Positions 46,814 to 57,902 of a DNA stretch of 64,000 nucleotides are shown here, in pieces. Positions within the stretch are counted from its first letter, which is position 1; every line of letters begins with the position of its first letter. The stretch is taken from the NCBI GenBank assembly GCA_047495785.1, contig JBLDXI010000020.1, forward strand, positions 2,790,001-2,854,000. Direction: 5' to 3'. A program made the translations under genes and the position numbers. The notes beneath the pieces are model-generated. The model saw nothing but the letters and a program-made list of their open reading frames with translations, was not told the DNA's origin and made no database searches. Origin of the DNA: Lepidodermella squamata (Eukaryota > Animalia > Gastrotricha).

Positions 46814-49621
46814 TCGAAAAAAAAATCCGGTGTCTTAGCATAATTTTCGCGGAAAGAATTCGAATATTTTTCCAATGATTAATTCTGCTCTAAAAATCTC
46901 TAGAAAAAATTGAATATTTTATGCGTGTTTGTGAGAATGAAATTTGTTGCAAAGTTAGGAATAACTACTACGACGGTATCTTTCTCTGCGCTCACGTCGA
47001 CAAAACTGCGTCACGGACTCTGCTTTTGACTTGTTGTCTGAAGTATAATTTATTTTTTTTGGATGATAAAAAAAACTCGTCACACCACGTCCGCATGTAT
47101 TTTATTTGATCTCTCGCGTCACATGAGAAATGGTGCAAATAGGTGATATAAAAAATATAGGTTCGATTTTTTCGTGATCCTGAATTAATTAATTTTTTTT
47201 CAATTTCTATGCGAATTCTCCATGTCCTTCCTTGTTAATTTCAGTGTTTAGCTATATTTTTTCGAATGGAAATAATCGAGAGATAGCTGCGATTTATAAT
47301 ATGCATAATATAAAAGCGCTATTTTTTTGTGCTCTCACCTTCATCAAAGAAATGCCACTATTCATTTTAAATTATTGCTGGATCGAAAAAAATGTTATTT
47401 TATTCTGCCGAAAATATGGAATTTTTATAATGATGTATGAAATTACACGCTCGATCTCAAATGATTTCATATAAAAAATAATATATTGTTGTCGTTTATC
47501 GGCTATATGATGATGAAAATGCGAGTGCCCTATATATTGTATTTATTTACTGTGTAAAACATTGACGCGATATGAGCAATCGAATTTTTGCGAAAGAATC
47601 AACTGAATAAAAATTATCATAATTTTGTGTTGTTTTCATCAATAACAAAACAAGTATAATTGTTTTCCCTTAGGCGCTGGCCCGTAATTGATGTAAATGC
47701 TGCAGTTTTTTCTCGGATTTTTGGTTGGATCTGGTTGGCCGAGAAACAGCTGCCTGGGCCTGATTTTGTTGAAGGGCTATAACCGCTCTATCTATCAAGA
47801 ATATGTCAAAATTAATTTGGTTATCGATTTTATTTCCCAGTTGATGCTGGCGTAAACAAGGAGATAATTCGAAAAGTCAATTATAAGAATTATTTCGCGA
47901 GTTGCCAGCCCCGCGGAAACACGAAATTTTAAGCTTACACGAACGATTTTTAATTGTCATTTTTACCCTCATATCGGTTTTCTTTTGAGGACTATAACTA
48001 TTTTCGGCTCTCAGTTTTTAAATAGATACCGCTTGTTGTTGATTTTTCCGCTCATTTCGTGAGGGCGTAAATATTACCGCGACACACTGCCCTATTTATT
48101 TCAGCAGCATATAAGTAGGATGTTTTTCCATAATTGCGAGCACGTCGCATTCTAGATACATTGACGGCCGGTAAAACGCGGCCACTCGTCGCGAATAAAC
48201 AAGAAAATAATCATCTCAGAGGTCGCATCAAAGCGATGCCGTTTTGTCGGCTCGCCATTCAACTGATATAATCGCGCACTGGAGCAAATTCGACCCAGGT
48301 ATCATCCATTACGAACCGGCTTTTTTCCCCTCCGACACCATTTGTTACAGATATCAGTTTAACCCTATTGCAAGTATTTATTGTTTTTTTTCGCGTGAAA
48401 ATAAACCTTAATTTGTATCGCTCCCAGGTATCCATCGTAGCCTTTCTTCCCCGCGGCATTTAGCGAAAAAAATGTATATAATTTGCGCGTGTACCGGCGC
48501 AAAAAACGCGCGTATCAATTATGATGGCGCACCATTTTTTTGCACCAATCACTCTTCTAATCGCCGCGCAGTATCGCCAGCAGCAGATATTTGTAATATT
48601 AATAATAATATGTAATATTTCGTAGAAAATTGCAATCTATAGCGCGCGAAAACCGTTGTTGTCAGTGGGAAATGGAAAAAGTGACCACGCCAAGTTGTTA
48701 TGAGAGCTCAAATGCTGCGGCTTGTGATGAGCCGAGGCGAGCCAGTGCCAAGACGCGCGCGCGCGCGTTACATTGAATGCATATATACTATTAATAATAT
48801 CGGGACAGGCTGTTATAAATATAGATTTCCTGTATTTTTTTCCAGTTCCTGCCGCGGCTGATGGCTGATATCATACATTGTAAAAATATAGATGGCAAGA
48901 TGTAGATGCTGGTGGTTTTCGGACGCTGCTGCTTCTGCTGCTGCTGCTGCTGCTGCGAAGGCCTAAAAATATAATAATCCAAGCGATATATCAAATGCTG
49001 GTGGTAGAAAAGTGAACGACTTCACTGTTTGTAATAGCATTATACAAGCGAGAGATATGCGCGCGCGCAAAACCGCGCAGCTTCCATCACTCTTGTTCGC
49101 TCTTCGCGATAAATAACAATAAATAATATGTAAAAAGCAGCGCCTATTAAAAGCTATTTACTATAATGATAGTAATGAAAATAATATATCACCATGCTAA
49201 ATCGACTTTTTAAAATAATATAGGGCCGAGCCCTCCCACCCGTTTACGCGCGTGAAAGCATATTTCTCTATTAATAACGATAATAATAATAGTTTTTCTC
49301 CACCGCCCTTCAACCGCTGCTCGGTCTTGTATCTATCCATCTCTGAGAGCGGAAATTGGCTCTGTCTAACTTGCGTAAATATAGCCTTAGAACACCGCCT
49401 GCTCGCCCATCCAACAAAACGAGTGATATGTGCCGCCAACCTTGTATAAACCCAACAAACAAACAAAGCGCGATTGAGCGGCGCCTTATTCGCTGTTTCT
49501 AGGTGCAGGGGCAATTCGCCAAATTTTCGCGCATAACAATACATATACGCATGCATTACTATTTAGGAGTTATCATTTCTCATTTTTCAATGACAACAAT
49601 TAGCTGAGTTTCTGCATTGAC

Positions 49622-52309
49622 ATGTCGCTCATTCAAATCGCAATTCTAGCTTTGAGTGGCCTTATTTCAGGTTCGTGCCGTAGTAGTAGTAAGGTGTCTG
49701 TGCGTAATTTGTTTCGCTGCAATTTTTCAAGGAGCGTCCTGCGGCCAGAACGAACAAAGGCTTATGAATGCGCTTTTCAAAGACTACCCGAGCCTCGAGC
49801 GGCCGGTGATAAATGAAAACGAAACGCTGCGTGTCGAACTCGGCCTAACGCTACAACAGATCATCGACATGGTTTGTAATTATAACACCGCCGTATTTTG
49901 AAAATTTTACAAACTCTCACAGGACGAAAAGAACCAAATTTTACACACAAATGTTTGGCTTTTCTTGGCCTGGAACGATTATAAACTGCGCTGGAACCCG
50001 GCTGATTACGGCGGTATCGCCCAGATTAACGTGCCGGTCACGAGAATTTGGAAGCCTGATGTTCTTATGTACAACTCGGCGAACGAGGCCTTTGATGCGA
50101 CTTACCCGACCAATTGTCCGGTTACTTCCGACGGCAATGTCACGTGGGTCCCGCCGGGCATGTTCGCATCGACTTGCTCTATCGATATCACGTGGTTTCC
50201 CTTCGATGAACAAGCTTGCGATATGAAATTCGGTAATTTTTCGCATATTGCGGCATTTTTTTATTCCAAATATTTTAACATTTTATTAATATTAAAATTG
50301 GAATATTTATTATTAATATTAATCATTAATCATTTTAATAAATTATTTTTTGAATATTCAAATTTTTTAATTTAAATTCATTTTGCTGAATTTTTCCAAA
50401 ATTTATTTGAGGTTTAATTCGATGTTTACCTTCTGTAATTTAGGTTCATGGACCTACGATGGCACGAAAATAAATTTGACACTGAGTGGAGAAGCCGGTA
50501 TCACGTCAAGTTTCATCAAAAACGGTGAATGGACGCTTTTAGGTGAGTTGTCACAAATATTCACGTGGTTTAATTAACTTTTATTCATGCCCAGTTTTGT
50601 TTACCCGCCTCAAATTTTGACTTGAAAATTATCCTCAACTCAATTAATTTTACGCTTCAGGTGTACCGGCTAAGCGAAATTCGGTTTTCTACGAGTGCTG
50701 CCCTGACACGCCGTATGTTGATATCACGTATACGGTGAAAATTCGACGCCGGTCGTTGTACTACATGTTTAACCTCGTTCTGCCATGTGCTATGATCTCT
50801 TCAATCACCCTTATGGTGTTCATCCTGCCTCCCGAGGGCGGCAAAATTGGCCTCGGCGTCACAATTCTACTCTCACTTACTGTGTTCTTGATGCTAGTCG
50901 CAGAAACTCTGCCTCCTACCTCAGAAGCCGTGCCTCTAATTGGTAAGAAATCGCCCACCTTAATTTTTGCGAATAATTGAATTTCTATTATTTTCAGGTA
51001 TTTATTTCGTTTTCATCATGTTTGTGTGCTCGCTTTCGGTGGTTTTCACCGTTGTTGTGCTGAACTACAATTTTCGAACATCCGAATCTCACGTTATGCC
51101 GGCCTGGGTTAACCTTGGCATTTGCAAATGGATGGCTTGGTTATTGAGAATGTAAATTTTTCGATATTATTAAGCTCGAAATCATGTGATTTCCGGTTTG
51201 TTAAGGGAGCGACCGGGAGAGCAACTGTCGAAAAAATCTATTCTCCAAGCAAGCGTGAAACTAGCTCAAATTCAGAACGATATCTGCGATGAACTTGATA
51301 TGGTAAGTAAACAAGAATAATTTTCAGTAATTAATCTAATTTTTCCTGTCCTCAAAGTAATTACAGGCTTAAATATTCGAACCATTGGACTTGAGGCTCC
51401 AACACATATTTTACCCCTTCTAAGAAATGTTTTTCGATTAATTAAAATTTCGGCTTTATCGAGTGATTGTCGGCATGATGCCCCATAACTCTGGGATTTT
51501 ATTTCAACTACTTGGTACCATCGGCTAGTTAGAAACATTCTCAATGTTGGCTTCTAAAACTTTTGATATCGGGGAAATCACTGATTTGTATAATCGATAC
51601 TTGGAATCGATATCGGCTCTGCAGGCTGAAGTATGAGGCATACCTCATAAACTGATAGCGAAAAATACTCGCTATTGTGAGATCTATCGGCATGGTCATG
51701 AAAAAATTAGATTAAACGTGAGACATGAAGTTGAAAAATCTCAAATTTAGCGTTGGAAGGTCGGAGAATTTTTAATCAATTTTTAAATATTTAGCTATTT
51801 TATTTGCATTGAGAAGGTATTTCCTTACCGAAAATAGGTCCAAAATAGAGGCCAGAATTCAACTAGAAATGCCGAGTTGCTCAAAAATCCTGATCTTTCG
51901 GCGAAAAAATTGAAAACAAAATTATTAGGAAATTTATTCGAGCAATTTTCATTTATTTCTAGCGACATCTTATTTTCTGTTAGAGATTATTTGATTTTTG
52001 TGAATGCTTTCTGCTTTCCTATAGGACAAGAACGCGCCGTTCAGCTACGAAGATTCCGGCAATAATATCATCCGATGCCGGCGCGATTCAGGCGTCGATG
52101 AAGACCCGTCCGAGTTGTTCATGATCTACCGAGAACTGCGCTTTCTCACGGATAAAATGCGCGAAAAAGACAAGGGCGACTCGATAGCCGCTGATTGGCA
52201 GTTCGCCGCTCGCGTCATCGATCGACTCTGCCTCTACCTGTTCAGCTTTGTCACCATCATTTCTTCGGCCGTTATATTACTCTCGGCTCCAAATATTTTT
52301 TCTACTTGA
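49622..52309 (+). CDS. nAChR alpha subunit, alpha7-like (gene A), about 471 aa
   Basis: Exons 49622-49670, 49732-49871, 49923-50232, 50444-50542, 50661-50942, 50998-51151, 51206-51302, 52025-52309 total 1416 nt in frame. Cys-loop [15 protein letters not shown], loop [11 protein letters not shown], four TMs. Confidence 0.95.
51395..51760. mobile_element. Diverged MITE copy (family of 14665-15043) in the last intron of nAChR gene A
   Basis: Shares GGCTCCAACAC..., TGATATCGGGGAAATCACTGATTT, TATCGGCTCTGCAGGCTGAAGTAT and TCTCAAATTTAGCGTTGGAA with the first copy. Confidence 0.65.
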
Positions 52310-52481
52310 ATTATGCCGTCTTAGCCCTTGAACGAAAAAACAAGAAATTTCATAATTTTATAAATCGTTCCATTTTTATTTGAATTAATTATGAATTGAG
52401 CATTTGTTTTCATTGTTTCCTTAGAATTTCAACTATGTAAATGTTGTCATTGTCCCGAATCAACCGCAGAACAAGTTGAAT

Positions 52482-55400
52482 ATGCGGAAAAATTATTTTA
52501 TTTTCGCCTTATCAATAATCTTCAATTACATAACATGTAAGTTTATGTTTTTTCTTGCTTTTTCCGAAGCAATTTTCCCCCATTTTTTTAGTCTCACTTC
52601 AAGGCAAGGCGGAAAAAGAGCTGTTAGTCAAGCTTTTTGACGGCGACTATGAGGTCCTCGAACGGCCGGTTGAGGATGACAACGAGGCTATTGACGTTAA
52701 ATTCGGTCTCACCCTACAACAAATCATCGACGTTGTAAGCAATTTATTTTCGTATTCAGAATTTTTCGAATTTTAGGCTGGAATTTTTTTGGAAAATTAT
52801 TCCTGAAAATAATTTATTGATGCCGATGAATTAGGATGAAAAAGCCCAGGTTCTTACTACAAATGTCTGGCTAATGGAGGTATTTGATAATAATAATCGA
52901 AGAATAATTAGTAGTTGCTTTATTTACTCTGAAAAATGCTGCCTAACGAGTGTTTGAATATCATATTATCATCTCTGAATTTTCAAAGTCATCTTTCAAA
53001 ACATTGTGCACCCTGGCTAAAGCTTGTTAACCCTCTGAACATTTCTAATTCCATTCGTCATAGGATGAAGAAAAGGCATGGATGTTGGCAAAATTGTTGT
53101 GGGCAAAATTTTTACACTGGAGCGCTGAAAATATCAAAGCTTTATTAGCGGAATTTTGATATAGAAAAATTTAGCTGTTTTTAATATAATAATGAAATTT
53201 ATTAACTCAAATATTAAACAATGTCTTGTTGTTTTTCTTGTTTCATCATTGTGTTCCCAAATTCTTGCTGGCAACGACTGACTGACTTGGAATTGCGCCC
53301 TGAATCTTCTCGCTTCGCTTGACTGACTGTAAATCTGACTGTTTTCGCACCCCGCACGTAGGATGAGAAAAATCAAATTATCAACACGAACATTTGGCTG
53401 CAAATGGTATATTTTTTTCTTTTCAAATATTTCACAATTTTATTTCTCAATTTTTTTCTTAAAATTTTCATTTATTTCAACTTTTAACAAATTTCTCGCT
53501 TTGCTTTACAAATTCAGCTTATTTCGTGCGGAATTTTTGCTTATTCTATTTTTCTATTTTTTCTCGCAATTTCTTCGGCTATCGCTTTGCAGAAATGGAG
53601 GGACTATCGATTGACTTGGGTGAGTTATTGCGCTTTTATTCTGCTTCAACATATCTTTGCCTTATGCTTCTTTTGCCATCCTGGCTTATCCTGGCCGAAA
53701 TTGATAGGATCCGAAAGATTTCGCCAACATCACGGTGATAAACGTACCGCCGCAAAAGGTGTGGCGGCCCGATGTTCTCATGTACAACTCGGCGGATGAG
53801 AAATTCGACGCCACCTTCCCGACGAATGTTGTCGTCGATTTCGAGGGCAATCTTACGTGGATCCCACCCGGCATGTTCAAATCCACGTGTAACATCGACA
53901 TCAAGTGGTTCCCGTTCGATGACCAAGTGTGCGATCTCAAGTTCGGCAGCTGGACTTACGGTTAGAAAATTCTAAAAAAATTTAAAAATCTAAGTGAAAT
54001 ATTTTAAATTTGAATTTCGAAATTTTTGAAATTTTACTGGTTTTTGAAATTTCATAATTTAAATTTTTTTGAAATTTTTAAAATTTTTTTGAAATTTTTG
54101 AAATTTTAAAGTTCTGTGAAAATCAATCCAATATTTTTTCCATTTATTTTTAGATGGCACAAAGCTCAATTTAACGCTCATGAATGATTCAGGCGATATT
54201 AGCGCCTTTATAAAAAATGGTGAATGGACCCTGTTAGGTAAGTTCTTGGTTTTATTTCTTCTCATTGTGTAGAATTCTTATAACAAATTAGAATGCACTG
54301 AATCTATTTTGCACATCCTTATTAACACATTGAAATTGCTAACAAAAATAACAGCCGTTCCAGCTGAACTTCAAGTCAAGTACTATGAGTGCTGCCCGGA
54401 CCAACCCTACCCATCAGCTGTTTTTACTGTGAAAATACGCCGACGCGTTCTTTATTACCTGTAATTTTCAAAAAAATCTGCAAAAAATCTGAATTGATTT
54501 AACCTTGAAAAACCGGCTATTTTAGGTCCAACATGTGTTTCCCTGCATTTATTTTCGCCATGTTGGACCTGTGCATTTTCATCATTCCAGCTGGGAGTGG
54601 TGAAAAAATTAGCTTTGGTAAGATTTCAAATTTCTCTTCGAGAATGCAACTGGAATGATTTATATTTCCCACAATTTTCCAATCTTAAGTTGAGTTCGAA
54701 TTTATTGCTTGCGGTTATTAATTTTCGTTGATTTTTCTCTTGGTTTTTTACGTTTTTGATCGAATTTATTGTTGCCTTTGCAAGATGTTCCCGCCAAGCG
54801 CAATGTGAAGTATTACGATGAAGGCGGCGTGCCGTGGCTGGACGTTACGTTTCAGATCAACATCCGACGACGTGCCTTGTACTACGTCTTCAACCTTATC
54901 GTTCCATCAGTCCTATTGTTCGTTCTTGATTTTAATTTTTATGCCTTCGCTGCGCCTCAAAACGCTCGAAACATTTTTATTTTTGCAGCTCAAGCGTTCT
55001 CATTTTCTCCTCAAATCAGAATTCATCTTTACAATTTTTTTTATTCGAGTGATTTGTTATCGGAAAAATATAAATCCATCGATAATAGAATATTTTCGAA
55101 TTTCGACAGATTGCGCTATAATTTTTTGAATTCAGCAATATAATTTTGGTGATTTCGATATTGATTCGAAAGAAGAAGGGTATTTTTATTCTTATCCGCG
55201 ATTTCACCGTAGAATTATGTAATTTACGGGAGGAAATCCTGTAAAAACCGATGGAAAGTGGTTCGGTAAATATCGGTATTTTACGCGGTAGGACTGAATT
55301 TCTAAGAATTCTTTTCATGCTAAGTAATTTTTCCTAAGTATCTTAATTTCCTAACTAATTTTTTGTGCCATTTTATATCTGCCTTAATCGTAGGATAATC

Positions 55401-57467
55401 TGTTTGATTGGATTCGCATCGTATCATGGGTTTAAAATATTGGAAAGTTCACAGAGATTTGGTTTCTGGCTAGTATTTAATGGGAGGGCGGGAAATATTT
55501 TTTGAGGTTCGAACCACTTGGGAAAGTTCGAAATCGTCCGAAAAATTGTACAAAAACACGCACTTTCTTGGTTTTCCTTTCGAAATCCCAATGATTAAAA
55601 TTAATTCCGAGAAATTTGACTTCAAAAATTGAAGAGGAAATGAGACGCTTACAATTGTAATTTGTTTATAATTTTTACTCATTATTGTTGTTGTATTTGT
55701 CATTTCGCAGATCGAGCGTGAGCTTGCTTGTGTTTACGTTGCCTGTCGAAAGTGGCGAGAAAATTTCTCTTGGTTGATTTTAATTTCCATAATTACCTTA
55801 TAACTCTAGCTAAAATTTGCCTATTTTTCCATGTAATTCTTCCATGGCTGATTGCTGACTGCCAGGTGTTACTATTCTGCTTTCGTTGACTGTCTTTCTG
55901 CTGATCGTCGCCGAGGCGATGCCGCCGACCAGCGACGCCATCCCGCTCATCGGCCTCTACTTCGCGTGCACCATGCTCATGTGCTCGCTATCCGTCATAA
56001 GTACCGTTCTGGTGCTCAATTTCCACTGGCGCCGGCCCGACACCCACGTCATGCCGCAGTGGGTGCGCCGCGGCATCTGCCAGTGGCTTGCCTGGCTGCT
56101 GCGCATGGAACGGCCCGGGCGCAACTTATCGCGTAAAGAAATGGTTGCCTCGAAGCAGCTGCAGCTGCAGGAGCGAACTTCGCGCAGCTTGCTGGCGAAC
56201 GTTCTCGATATCGACGACGATATTCGGTGCCTGGTTGACGGATTCAACAACCAGAAAATGTCGCCCGATTCCCAGGCTTTCGATATTGTAAGCCGGCCAA
56301 ACAGTAAATCTTTCCCACCGAGCGGTGGAAAGTTCAAGGTAAATTTTAGGCCCTACCAGTTCGTGCAGAACACAGAACACTGTCGGATAAATAAGCGTCC
56401 ATATTTAGGATTCCGTTTCAGGGAATATGAACTATAGGATGCTTGGAAGAACCTTAACTTAAAAGCCCTTTTTTACGTCGTAGGATCTCCATGATGGAGG
56501 TTCAAATAACAGAATCTCTGGGGAATTCGAAGGATTCGAAGATCTGGCACATTTATATTACTCTGAAGGCCCTCTGAAGGTCAGATCTTTCATTCGAAGC
56601 TTCAGTGGGATACATGATTGCATTGAGCTGTTAACATAAGGTCCCAGGTTACAGGATTCCGTGTGTATCTGCAAACGGGCTTGGAATTTAGAGCCAGTTT
56701 ATATTACCAAAGTTGTGTGCTTTCAAGTTCCTGTAAAAGGTCCTGGAAAAGGCTTATTCGAAAATTGAACGGTTGTTCCTCTAACTAATCTAATAGGGAA
56801 CAACTTAAGTCTATCGGAGCTTGAAAAGACTCATTTTCTTAAATAAACTTTTTGTCTCATCTGACTTTTATTCTACGTTGGCTGGAACTTGGTTCGCCGT
56901 TTCCTGAGCTTTCGAACGGTACCACACTTACTAGACTTATCCCATGCCGAAATCGTCTGTTTGAAATTGCCAAAGGATCCATTTTCAAAGCCATGCTTTT
57001 TGAGCGTGCAGAGGGAAAACTATTTTTAGTCGGCAAAGCCTGAACGACTCTTTACCTCAAAGCTAAAAATTATAAAAGTGCTTTGGGGAGGTTCTATGGG
57101 ACCCGAGAATCATCCCCTTATCTTTACGGTTTCCGTTAAGCTAGTGGGCTCAACGGATATAAGTTAAGCATGTTTTTGTATCGAGTTCCGAAGTTCCGAA
57201 CTCGAATAGTTTTAGAATATTCTATGATCGCTTTTATCTCCTATATTCAATCTATTTTAACAGTCTCGCGGAACTCTAGCAGCGATACTGCGCGAGTTGC
57301 GCGTGGTGACGAACAAGCTGCGAGAAGACCAGTCAAAAGATGACGAATCGTCCGAGTGGAAATTCGCAGCCATGGTCATTGACCGGCTGTGCTTGTACGT
57401 TTTCCTAATATCAACTCTCGTATCAACCGCTGCCATCTTCTTTTCTGCGCCAAATATTTTCGCGTGA
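52482..57467 (+). CDS. alpha7-like nAChR (gene B) with duplicated alternative exons; alpha or non-alpha isoforms, about 492-493 aa
   Basis: Exons 52482-52536, 52592-52734, [52835-52879 or 53362-53406], 53593-53619, 53708-53960, 54154-54237, [54355-54460+54526-54617 or 54785-54917+55711-55772], 55866-56338, 57264-57467. All are GT-AG, and either choice keeps the frame. Confidence 0.92.
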
Positions 57468-57902
57468 CAGCAACACGACTAGAATTCAAATTGCCGCCTG
57501 CATACAGCACAATCGAACAACGGTTGCTTTGTAGTATAGTAATTTTGTTAGATAACATCGCCATATATCACATTACAAATTATATAAATTATTCAGCGAC
57601 ATAGATGAGTGTCATATCAGAGCTATAAAGAGACATGTTTTATAAATGAATCATTTTTACCTCATGAATTATCCGAGTTTAATAAAAAGAAACACGGAGA
57701 GAATCTGCAAGTTTTCAGCTCTTGATTTTGAGTAAAATCTCAGAAACTCCCAGTGAAAAAGTTCAGCGCTATTGAGATATTCTGAAGCCAATTCTGAAGC
57801 TGTATCTCATCGCCGCCTCAGCGGTTTTATGGACTCCTAAGACAATAAAAAAGAGCGAGTTTATTCACAAGGACATTCCCTTACATCGTCGCGCAATTAA
57901 CT

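Noticed and set aside
52482-57467. Reading nAChR gene B as two interleaved or fragmented genes
   Set aside because: Only one signal peptide, Cys-loop and TM2-TM4 set exists. The duplicates are precisely exon-bounded and too diverged to be collapsed alleles.
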